Origin: Hyalangium minutum | GTDB lineage: Bacteria; Myxococcota; Myxococcia; Myxococcales; Myxococcaceae | DNA length: 64,000 bases | NCBI RefSeq assembly: GCF_000737315.1 | Contig: NZ_JMCB01000005.1 | Coordinates: 1 to 64,000 of the forward strand | Direction: 5' to 3' | Shown: positions 35,694-44,321 of the stretch, piece after piece | Layout of the letters: each line of letters starts with the position of its first letter | Position numbering within the stretch: position 1 is the first letter of the stretch | Translations under genes and position numbers: made by a program | The notes under the pieces: model-generated | What the model was told of the DNA's origin: nothing | Databases searched by the model: none | Seen by the model: the letters and a program-made list of their open reading frames with translations, nothing else

Positions 35694-38389
35694 GCTCGCG
35701 GCGCCTCCTGGTGCCCGAGGTCATTCAGACCTCGGCGATGGACTGCGGCCCAGCCTCCCTCAAGAGCCTGCTCGAGGGACTGGGCCGTCCCGTCAGCTAC
35801 GGCCGTCTGCGCGAGGCCTGCCAGACGGACGTCGATGGCACTTCGATTGATACGCTCGAGGACCTCATGGTGCAACTCGGGCTGGAGGCCGAGCAGGTCC
35901 TCCTGCCCAGCGACCACCTGCTGCTCCCGGAGGCTGAGTCCCTGCCCGCGCTCGGGCTGATCCGGCTGCCCACGGGCTTTGCCCATTTCGTGGTCATCTG
36001 GGCGCGCCACGGGCCGCTCGTGCAGGTGATGGATCCGGCCACGGGCCGCCGGTGGCCCACGGCCCGCCGCTTCGTCCAGGATCTCTATCCGCACATCATG
36101 TCCCTGCCTGCCGAGGGCTGGCGAGAGTGGGCGCTCAGCGACGAGTTCCTCAAGCCGCTGGGCGCGCGCCTGGCGCAGCTGGGCGTGAAAGGGAGCGATG
36201 CGGAGCGGCTCATCTCGGCCGCCACGGTGGTTCCCGGTCCCATGGGCATCGCTACGCTCGATGCGGCCACGCGGATGACGGAGGCCATGGTCTCCGCGGA
36301 CATTCTCCGCCGGAGCAACGCCCGGCCCGTGGTGGGGTCCCTCTTCGAGCGCGCCCGCGCCTCGGCCGAGGGGCCCGAGCGCATCATCCCCGAGGCCTAT
36401 TGGACGGTGCGCCCCGCGCCCGAGGAAGAGGGGCAGGAGCCCCAGGTGCGCGTCCGGGGCACCGTCGCCGTCCGGGTGAAGGGGCTCAAGGCCCTCGCTC
36501 CGCAAGCGGGTACGGCTGCGGACGATGGGGGCGCCGCGCTCTCTCCGGAGCTGCAGGCCGCGCTGACGGAGCCGCCTGCCCGTCCGGGCCATCAGCTCTG
36601 GAGCCTGGTGCGCCAGGAGCCGCTGCCGCTGCTCTGGGCAGCGCTCACCGGCTTGGGGCTCGGCGCGGGGGCGGTGGTGCTGCAGGCCCTGCTCTTCCGC
36701 AGCCTGTTGGATCTGGGGCGCAGCTTCGGTCCGCCCTTGGAGCGGCTCGGAGTGCTCGCCGGGCTCCTGCTCTTCCTGGGAGCGCTCGCGCTGGTGGAGC
36801 TCCCCACCGCGCTGCTGCTCAAGAGCCTCGGGCGCAAGCTGGAGGCCCGGCTGCGCATCGCGTTCTTCGAGAAGATTCCCAAGCTCGGTGACCGCTACTT
36901 CCGCAGCCGGCCCAGCTCCGACATGGCCCACCGCAGCCACGAGCTTCATGGCCTCCGGTTGCTGCCTGATCTGATGGGCCGGGCGGTGCGGGCCCTCGTC
37001 GAGCTGGGGGTGACGACAGCGGGCATCCTCTGGCTGGCGCCCTCCAGCGCCGTCCCCGCCCTGCTGGCGTGTGCCGCCGGTGTGCTCGTGCCACTCGGGC
37101 TTCAGCCGCTGCTCGCCCAGTGGGACATGCGGGTCCGCACGCACACGGGCTCGCTGAGCCTCTTCTACCTGGATGCCTTCCTGGGCCTGGTCCCCATTCG
37201 CACCCATGCAGCGGCGCGCGCCGTCCGCGCCGAGCACGAGGGGTTGCTGGTCGAGTGGAGCAAGGCCGCTCGGAGCTACCTGAAGGCGGGCGTCATGGCC
37301 GAGGGGCTCCAGGCCCTCTGCGGATTCGGGCTGGCCGCATGGCTCGTCACCAGCCACATCACCCACGCGAGCGACTCCAGCCGCGTGCTGTTGCTCATCT
37401 ACTGGGCCCTCAACCTCCCGGTGCTCGGCAGTGAGCTGACGGCGGTGGCCCGGGAGTATCCGGGGCTGCGCAACACCACGCTCCGGCTCCTGGAGCCGCT
37501 GGGCGCCCGCGAGGAGGAGGCTCGTACGGATGGCTCGGTGCAGGCCCCCGTGTCTGGAGCTGAGCCTGCGGCTGTCTCGGTCTCTCTGGAGAAGGTGACG
37601 GTCCACGCCGCAGGGCATGTCATCCTCCAGGACGTGGATCTGCGCGTCGCGCCGGGGAGCCACGTGGCCGTCATCGGGCCGTCGGGAGCGGGCAAGTCCA
37701 GCCTCATTGGGCTCCTGCTCGGCTGGCACCTGCCCTCCACGGGCGAGCTGCGGGTGGATGGGGCGCGGTTGGAGGCGGAGCGGCTGGTGGCGCTGCGCCG
37801 GCAGACAGTATGGGTGGATCCGGCAACGCAGTTGTGGAACCGCAGCCTGCTGGAGAACCTGCGCTACGGCACGGGCCAGGGCGCCGCGTCCCTGCCTCGG
37901 GTGCTGGAGCAGGCCGAGCTGCTGACGGTGCTCGCCCGCATGCCGGAGGGGCTGCAGACGCCGCTCGGAGAGGGCGGCGGCATGGTCTCCGGTGGCGAGG
38001 GCCAGCGCGTCCGGCTGGGCAGGGCGATGCTCCAGGAGCAGGTGCGCATGGTGGTGCTCGACGAGCCCTTCCGCGGACTGGATCGCGAGCGGCGGCACCG
38101 GCTCATGCTCAACGCCCGGGAGCTGTGGAAGGGCAAGACGCTGTTCTGCATCACCCATGATGTGCGGGAGACGCTCGGCTTCGAGCGGGTGCTGGTCATC
38201 GAAGGAGGGCGGCTCGTCGAGGACGGTCCTCCCGCGGAGCTCTCGGCCCGGCCGGACTCGCGCTACCGCGCGCTGCTGGACGCCGAGGAGCTGGCCGACC
38301 GGGAGATCTGGCAGGGCTCCGAGTGGCGGCGGCTCCGGCTCGAGCAGGGCCAGCTGCGCGAGGAGCAGCCCACGAGGAAGACGGCATGA
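35690..38389 (+). CDS. Peptidase-containing ABC transporter with intact C39 domain
   Basis: C39 motifs QTSAMDCGPA, AHFVV and MDPATG; TMD; NBD with GPSGAGKS, VSGGEGQR, VLDEP and ITHD. Confidence 0.92.
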   Translation: MSSRRLLVPEVIQTSAMDCGPASLKSLLEGLGRPVSYGRLREACQTDVDGTSIDTLEDLMVQLGLEAEQVLLPSDHLLLPEAESLPALGLIRLPTGFAHFVVIWARHGPLVQVMDPATGRRWPTARRFVQDLYPHIMSLPAEGWREWALSDEFLKPLGARLAQLGVKGSDAERLISAATVVPGPMGIATLDAATRMTEAMVSADILRRSNARPVVGSLFERARASAEGPERIIPEAYWTVRPAPEEEGQEPQVRVRGTVAVRVKGLKALAPQAGTAADDGGAALSPELQAALTEPPARPGHQLWSLVRQEPLPLLWAALTGLGLGAGAVVLQALLFRSLLDLGRSFGPPLERLGVLAGLLLFLGALALVELPTALLLKSLGRKLEARLRIAFFEKIPKLGDRYFRSRPSSDMAHRSHELHGLRLLPDLMGRAVRALVELGVTTAGILWLAPSSAVPALLACAAGVLVPLGLQPLLAQWDMRVRTHTGSLSLFYLDAFLGLVPIRTHAAARAVRAEHEGLLVEWSKAARSYLKAGVMAEGLQALCGFGLAAWLVTSHITHASDSSRVLLLIYWALNLPVLGSELTAVAREYPGLRNTTLRLLEPLGAREEEARTDGSVQAPVSGAEPAAVSVSLEKVTVHAAGHVILQDVDLRVAPGSHVAVIGPSGAGKSSLIGLLLGWHLPSTGELRVDGARLEAERLVALRRQTVWVDPATQLWNRSLLENLRYGTGQGAASLPRVLEQAELLTVLARMPEGLQTPLGEGGGMVSGGEGQRVRLGRAMLQEQVRMVVLDEPFRGLDRERRHRLMLNARELWKGKTLFCITHDVRETLGFERVLVIEGGRLVEDGPPAELSARPDSRYRALLDAEELADREIWQGSEWRRLRLEQGQLREEQPTRKTA

Positions 38390-40518
38390 GCGCCGTGGAC
38401 GCGGCCTCCTGGCCTCTGGAGCGCCTCTCGGAGGCGATGCTCGCTCTGGGCCGCTGGAGCGGGCTGGTGCCGAAGCAGGTGGAGCTGGCGCCGCCTCCGG
38501 GCTGGCTGGGCACGGGCGACCGCTATCAGCTGACGCGGTGGATCGCCGCGGCGGGCCGGTGGATCGGGGTGGACGTGGTGCACCTCGACACGCCTTATGT
38601 GGAGGTGGACTCGCTGCTGCGGGGCGCGGGGCCGGCGCTGCTGATGCTGTCGGAGAGCGATGCGCAGGTGCCGCGCTTCCTGCTGCTGGCGCGGGGCGGC
38701 CGGCACAAGGTCAGCGTCCTCGGGCCGGATCTCCAGCTCCACGCGCTGCCACTCGAGGAGGTCCGCAAGCGGCTCTGCCACCGGTTGGAGAGCCACGTCC
38801 GAAAGGATGTCGAGGAGGTACTGGCGGCCACAGGCCTGAAGGGGCGGCGCCGGCGGCGGGCCGAGGACGGGCTCTATCGAGGGCTGCTCGGATCCAGGAA
38901 CGTCTCGGGCTGCTGGGGGCTCCGTCCGCTGCCGGGGAGCGACTTCTGGCATCAGGCTCAGCAGGCCGGGCTGATGCGGCGGCTGGGCACGTTCCTGGGG
39001 GCCCATGCCCTCCAGTATGGGCTCTGGCTGGTGTCGTGGTGGCTGATCGGCAAGGCGGCGCTGGAGGGGATTCTCGCTCCAGGGTGGTTGCTGGCGTGGG
39101 GGCTCGTTCTCGCGACGGTGATTCCCCTGCGCTTGCTGGCCTCGTGGTCCGGCGGGCACCTGGCCATCCTCGTGGGCACGCTGCTCAAGCAGCGCCTGCT
39201 GGTAGGGGCGCTCAAGCTGGAGCCCGAGGAGATCCGCACTCAAGGCACAGGCCAGCTCCTGGGCAAGGTCCTCGAGTCCCAGGCCGTCGAGTCGCTCGCC
39301 ATCAGTGGAGGCCTGAGCGCGGGAATGGCTTCGATCGAGCTGCTCGCAGCGGGGCTGCTCTTCCTCGCCGCGCCCAGTGGGACGTTGTCCCTGGCGCTGC
39401 TGGTGGGCACGCTCGGGGTGATGGGGTACTGCGCGGTGCGCTACTGGCGGGCGCGCCAGCGGTGGACCCACCAGCGCCTCACCCTGACGCATACGCTGGT
39501 GGAGAACCTGCTGGGACACCGCACGCGGATCGTCCAGCAGCCTCGGGAGCAGTGGCACACCTCCGAGGATCAAGCGCTCGAGGACTACCTGGCGCCCTCC
39601 CGCTCCGTGGATCGCGCGGCGGTGGTGCTGAGCCTGCTCATCCCGCATGCGTGGCTGATCCTCGGAGTGGCAGGTCTGGCGCCTGCCTTCCTGGGCGGGG
39701 CGGCGGGCGTGTCGGACGTGGCCGTGGTGCTGGGCATCACGCTGCTGGCGTACCAGTCCCTGCGGCGGTTCGCCTCGGGACTGATCAACCTGTCGGGAGC
39801 GGGGATCGCCTGGAGCCAGATCCGCGCCATCTTCCAGGCGGCGGCGAGGCCGGAGCGGGCGGGGCACCCGGAGTTCGCGCTGGCCCGGCAGGGCGAGGCA
39901 CCCTCACATGCAGTGGTGAATGGCTCGGGGCTCGTCTACCGGTATGAGGGGCGGGTGACTCCCGTGCTGAGCGGCGCGGATCTGCGCATCCACCTCGGCG
40001 AGCGGATCCTCCTGGAGGGGCCCTCGGGAGGCGGCAAGTCCACGCTCGGCTCGGTGCTCGCGGGACTGCGCTCCCAGGAGTCGGGCCTGCTGCTCGCGGA
40101 TGGACTGGACCGCCACACGCTGGGGGATGTGGGCTGGGCGCGGCGGATTGTCTCGGCGCCGCAGTTCCACGAGAACCACGTGCTGACGGGCACCTTCGCC
40201 TTCAACCTGCTGATGGGCTGCGAGTGGCCTCCCCGTGGTGCGGACCTCCAAGAGGCGGAGGCCCTCTGTCACGAGCTGGGGCTGGGGGAGCTCCTCTCCC
40301 GGATGCCCTCGGGGCTCCAGCAGCAGTTGGGAGAGATTGGCTGGCAGCTCTCGCATGGTGAGCGCAGCCGCCTCTTCATTGCCCGGGCGCTGCTGCAGAA
40401 GTCGAGCCTCGTCATCCTCGACGAGAGCTTTGCCGCGCTGGATCCGGAGACGCTCCGGGTGGCCATGCGCTGTGTCTTCGAGCGCGCGCCCAGCCTGCTC
40501 GTCATCGCCCACCCGTAG
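38386..40518 (+). CDS. Second ABC transporter subunit lacking the C39 catalytic motif
   Basis: N-terminal domain without QxxxxDCG; TMD; NBD with GPSGGGKS, LSHGERSR and ILDES; ends at IAHP. ATGA coupled to the previous gene. Confidence 0.9.
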   Translation: MSAVDAASWPLERLSEAMLALGRWSGLVPKQVELAPPPGWLGTGDRYQLTRWIAAAGRWIGVDVVHLDTPYVEVDSLLRGAGPALLMLSESDAQVPRFLLLARGGRHKVSVLGPDLQLHALPLEEVRKRLCHRLESHVRKDVEEVLAATGLKGRRRRRAEDGLYRGLLGSRNVSGCWGLRPLPGSDFWHQAQQAGLMRRLGTFLGAHALQYGLWLVSWWLIGKAALEGILAPGWLLAWGLVLATVIPLRLLASWSGGHLAILVGTLLKQRLLVGALKLEPEEIRTQGTGQLLGKVLESQAVESLAISGGLSAGMASIELLAAGLLFLAAPSGTLSLALLVGTLGVMGYCAVRYWRARQRWTHQRLTLTHTLVENLLGHRTRIVQQPREQWHTSEDQALEDYLAPSRSVDRAAVVLSLLIPHAWLILGVAGLAPAFLGGAAGVSDVAVVLGITLLAYQSLRRFASGLINLSGAGIAWSQIRAIFQAAARPERAGHPEFALARQGEAPSHAVVNGSGLVYRYEGRVTPVLSGADLRIHLGERILLEGPSGGGKSTLGSVLAGLRSQESGLLLADGLDRHTLGDVGWARRIVSAPQFHENHVLTGTFAFNLLMGCEWPPRGADLQEAEALCHELGLGELLSRMPSGLQQQLGEIGWQLSHGERSRLFIARALLQKSSLVILDESFAALDPETLRVAMRCVFERAPSLLVIAHP

Positions 40519-40601
40519 AGCGCCTCACGTTGGCGTACAGGCTCCTGCCCGGCCTCCGCGGGCCAGAGAGACTTGCCCCGCGAGGAACGCCGTGACATAT
40601 T

Positions 40602-42116
40602 TTGGTCATGCAACCAAGATTGATGGACACCGCGAGGGTTGTGCGTCAGGAGGCTGGCATCCGGACGGATCTGCCGTGCTTCCTGTTGCGAGGGGTGTTC
40701 TCCCGGGGCGAGTGTGCCCAAGTCATCCAGGAGGCGGAGGAGGCGGGCTTCCAGGCGATGGGAGGGGACTACCCGCCCTCGTACCGGGACAACGACCGCC
40801 GGGTCCGCGACGACGCGGCGCTGGCGGAGGCTGTCTTCGAGCGCATTCGTCCCTTCTTGCCTGAGCGGCTCGTGGACGCGTCGGGTGAGGCGTGGCGCCT
40901 GCAGGGGCTCAACCCGCGCTTCCGCTTCTGCCGCTACCGGGGAGGCCAGCGGTTCTGCATCCACCGGGATGGGGCGTATGCACAGAGCCCCCAGGTGCGC
41001 TCGCGGCTGACGTGCATGCTGTACCTCAACGACAGCGGGGAGTTCTCCGGCGGAGCGACGCGCTACTACGCCGAGCGCACGGAGGACGCGGGGTTGCTGG
41101 GCGTGGTGCGGCCCGAGGCGGGCACGCTGATCGTCTTCGACCACGAGCTCTGGCACGACGGAGAGGCCGTCACCTCGGGCACCAAGTACGTGATGCGGAC
41201 GGATGTCCTCTATGAGCGCGAGTCGCTCGGGCGCGGTGACACGGCGGAGGTGCTCACCGGGCACCAGGGCTACGTCTGGCATGTGCTGGCCCGCCGGGAT
41301 GGGAGCCTGGCCACCGCCTCCCGCGATGGGACCGTGCGGCTGTGGAAGCAGTCGAGGGACACGTGGCGGCAGGACGCGGTGCTCACGGGGCACACGGCTT
41401 CGGTCGTCGCGCTGGCGGAGGACAGCGAGGGAAGGCTGTGGAGCGCGTCGCGAGACCGCACCGTGCGCCGCTGGGAGGCGGGGACCTCTCAGGTCATCGG
41501 CCGTCACGAGGGAGCCGTGCTGTGCCTCGCCGCGCTGCCGGATGGGCAGCTGGCGAGCGGTGGCGCGGATGGAGCCATTCGCTTGTGGTCCGCACAGGGA
41601 GCGCCCCTCGGTGTCCTGCGTGGACACACCGGCTGGATCTGGGCGCTCGTTCCGCTCGAGGGCGGACGGCTCGCCTCGGCCTCCGAGGACGGCACGGTGC
41701 GCCTGTGGAGCCTGGAGACGCTGCGTGAGGCCTCCGCACCCGCAGAGACTGGAGCACCGGTGCGTGCACTCGCCGCCCTTCCTTCCGGAAGGCTCATCTC
41801 CGGCCAGGCCACAGGGGAACTCTCCCAGTGGCAGCTCGTGCAGGCTCCTCACCTGGCCCTGGAGCTTCGGGGTTGCCGCCGTGTGCACACCGGTGCTGTG
41901 TGCTCCATCGCTCCGCTCAGTGAGGACAGGGTGGCGAGCGGCGGAGAAGACGACGGCATTCATGTCACCCGCCTGCCGGACTTCACCTCCCTGGCCTCCC
42001 ACCGCCACGAGGGCTTCGTCCGGAGCCTCGCGGTACTGCCTGGGGAGCGGCTCGCGAGCGCCTCCTACGACACCACCGTGCGGCTGTGGCATCCGCCGCA
42101 GCTCCTGCCCGCGTGA
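40602..42116 (+). CDS. 2OG-Fe(II) oxygenase (prolyl-4-hydroxylase-like) fused to WD40 repeats
   Basis: RYRGGQRFCIHRDG (HxD), LYLND..GGAT, WHDG and KYVMR motifs; then about seven GH...WD-like repeats (LATASRDGTVRLW, LASASEDGTVRLW). Confidence 0.88.
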   Translation: MVMQPRLMDTARVVRQEAGIRTDLPCFLLRGVFSRGECAQVIQEAEEAGFQAMGGDYPPSYRDNDRRVRDDAALAEAVFERIRPFLPERLVDASGEAWRLQGLNPRFRFCRYRGGQRFCIHRDGAYAQSPQVRSRLTCMLYLNDSGEFSGGATRYYAERTEDAGLLGVVRPEAGTLIVFDHELWHDGEAVTSGTKYVMRTDVLYERESLGRGDTAEVLTGHQGYVWHVLARRDGSLATASRDGTVRLWKQSRDTWRQDAVLTGHTASVVALAEDSEGRLWSASRDRTVRRWEAGTSQVIGRHEGAVLCLAALPDGQLASGGADGAIRLWSAQGAPLGVLRGHTGWIWALVPLEGGRLASASEDGTVRLWSLETLREASAPAETGAPVRALAALPSGRLISGQATGELSQWQLVQAPHLALELRGCRRVHTGAVCSIAPLSEDRVASGGEDDGIHVTRLPDFTSLASHRHEGFVRSLAVLPGERLASASYDTTVRLWHPPQLLPA

Positions 42117-42280
42117 GCCTCCGAGCGCCCGGCGGCATGCCTGCTGAGCCTCGCTAGGCGCAGGGCGGACGGATCGCCGCGAGCCTGCTCTCTCGCTTGC
42201 TTCCCCCTGTGACCCACAGCGTCGATCACCACCATGAAGGGACCACGGCGAGTGAGAGAGTTGCCGGCCGGGACCCGACC

Positions 42281-43666
42281 ATGTTGCACGATGCCATCGA
42301 CACCTCCCTATTCCCCGCCTTCCCGCCCCAGGTCCTCGAGGAACTGAAGCGGGAAGGCCAGCTGCGAACCTTCCAGCCTGGTGAGGACCTCTTCATGGAG
42401 GGGCAGGAGGATCCAGGCATCTTCTTCATCCTCTCGGGCGAGGTCCGCATCACCCGGCGCCAAGGCGGCGAGGAGCAGGTGCTGGCCGTCCACCGGCTCG
42501 GAGCGTTCGTAGGCGAGCTCGCCATGCTGGCCGGAGGCACTGCCACCTGCACGGGCCGTGCGCTGAGGCCCACGCGGGTGCTGCAACTGAGCGCGGACAG
42601 GTTCCGCCGCGGTGTGTCCGAGGGCACGCCCCTGGCGAGGTTCGCGCTCCAGTCCGTGGTGGCACGGCACCAGGAGGTGGAGGCGCAGGTCCGCGAGCAG
42701 GAGAAGCTGGCGGCGCTGGGCCGCATGGCCGCGAGCCTGACTCACGAGCTGAACAACCCCGCGGCTGCGGCCCGGCGCGCGGCGGATCAGCTTCGCGAGG
42801 AGTGCCTCACCTCTCAGCAGCGCTCGCTCGCCCAGGATCGCCGGCTGACCGAGGCCCAGTGCAAGGCCCTGTCGGAAGTGCTGCAGGCCCTGCTCGTCTC
42901 GAAGCCCCAGGTCTTGGATGCCCTGGCACGGAGTGCGCTGGAGGACGCGCTCCTCGAGTGGCTGTCGGACCATGGCATGCGGCAGTCGTTCTCTCGCGCC
43001 TCCACCCTGGCGAACGCGGGAGTGGATGTGCCGCACCTGGAGGAACTGGGGGCGGTGCTGGAGGGACAGGCACTGCAGGTGGGGCTGGCGTGGCTCGAGG
43101 CGACGCTCTCGTTGGCGGAGCTCGCGGAGGTGCTCGTCTCGAGCACGGAGCGGCTCACCTCGCTCATCGCCGCTGTGAAGCAGTACACGTACAAGGACCA
43201 GGACACGCTCCAGGAGGTGGACCTGCACTCGGGGCTGGAGGCGACGCTGGCCATGTTCGCCCACCGGATGCGCGGCGGCGTGACGGTGACGCGCGACTAC
43301 GACACCTCGCTGCCCAAGCTCTGGGCCCATGGCGGCGAGCTGAACCAGGTGTGGACCAACCTCATCGAGAACGCCCTGGACGCCATGAAGGACCGCGGCA
43401 CGCTGCTGGTGAGCACCAGCCGCCACGGAGACGAGGTCCACGTGGAGATCGGCGACGACGGCCCAGGCATTCCCGAGGAGCTGCAGTCGCGCATCTGGGA
43501 GCCGTTCTTCACCACCAAGCTCCTGGGCCAGGGCACGGGGCTGGGGCTGGACATCGCGCGGCGCATCGTCGAGCGCCGGCTCGGCGGGCGAATCCACCTG
43601 CAGTCGAAGCCGGGGGACACGCGCTTCCGGGTGGAGCTGCCGCTCAAGCCTGAGCTGCCCCACTAG
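42281..43666 (+). CDS. cNMP-binding-domain sensor histidine kinase
   Basis: Crp-like N-terminal domain (FVGELAML); H-box LTHELNNP; N/G boxes WTNLIENALDAM, DDGPGI, GTGLGL. Confidence 0.9.
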   Translation: MLHDAIDTSLFPAFPPQVLEELKREGQLRTFQPGEDLFMEGQEDPGIFFILSGEVRITRRQGGEEQVLAVHRLGAFVGELAMLAGGTATCTGRALRPTRVLQLSADRFRRGVSEGTPLARFALQSVVARHQEVEAQVREQEKLAALGRMAASLTHELNNPAAAARRAADQLREECLTSQQRSLAQDRRLTEAQCKALSEVLQALLVSKPQVLDALARSALEDALLEWLSDHGMRQSFSRASTLANAGVDVPHLEELGAVLEGQALQVGLAWLEATLSLAELAEVLVSSTERLTSLIAAVKQYTYKDQDTLQEVDLHSGLEATLAMFAHRMRGGVTVTRDYDTSLPKLWAHGGELNQVWTNLIENALDAMKDRGTLLVSTSRHGDEVHVEIGDDGPGIPEELQSRIWEPFFTTKLLGQGTGLGLDIARRIVERRLGGRIHLQSKPGDTRFRVELPLKPELPH

Positions 43667-43807
43667 CGCCCTGTACGAGGCCTGCCTGGTTGCTCCGGGG
43701 GCGGGCTGACTCCAGGTGGGCTGTCCGGCTGATGGGTGGTGGCCGGGCGCGGGGGTGCTCATCCCTTAGAGGCAATGGGGGGCCTGGATGCCTCCCGGGG
43801 AGCGGGC

Positions 43808-44284
43808 ATGAGACAGAGCGGCTTTCGAGCGTGGAAGGTGTTGGCCGGCCTGGCCGTGGCTGGGCTGTGTGCGGGCTGCAAGTATCTGCCAGATACAGGC
43901 TCCGTCAGGCAGGAGGGACCTCCCGAGACCTTCTTCGGAACCGAGAAGGCTCACCTGCCTCCGGGCACCTACGCCCGGTACCAGTACTCGCCGGACCGGG
44001 GCTACAACGGCACCATCGCGCAGCTCGGCTCGAGCATTGATCCGCGCACGCCCGAGGCGGCGGGCAAGCTGGGCAACTCGCGCTTGGTGGATGTGACAGG
44101 CCGGCCCGCCCCCCCGGCGCCCGAGCTGGGCGTCAGCGGTAAAGACGTCGCGCTCGAGGTGGGTAATCCCGAAGGCTCGGCTGACATGGGTTGGCGGGCA
44201 CGCCTGGGCTACGATGTGCGCACGAGGAACATCGGCGGTCCTCGATCCGCCGAGAGTCAGCGCGGGTACATCCCGGGCCCATGA
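43808..44284 (+). CDS. Hypothetical lipoprotein
   Basis: MRQSGFRAWKVLAGLAVAGLCAGC lipoprotein signal; no recognisable domain. Confidence 0.65.
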   Translation: MRQSGFRAWKVLAGLAVAGLCAGCKYLPDTGSVRQEGPPETFFGTEKAHLPPGTYARYQYSPDRGYNGTIAQLGSSIDPRTPEAAGKLGNSRLVDVTGRPAPPAPELGVSGKDVALEVGNPEGSADMGWRARLGYDVRTRNIGGPRSAESQRGYIPGP

Positions 44285-44321
44285 GCTTCTCGGAGTCACA
44301 CGGCGGATGACACCTGCCCCC

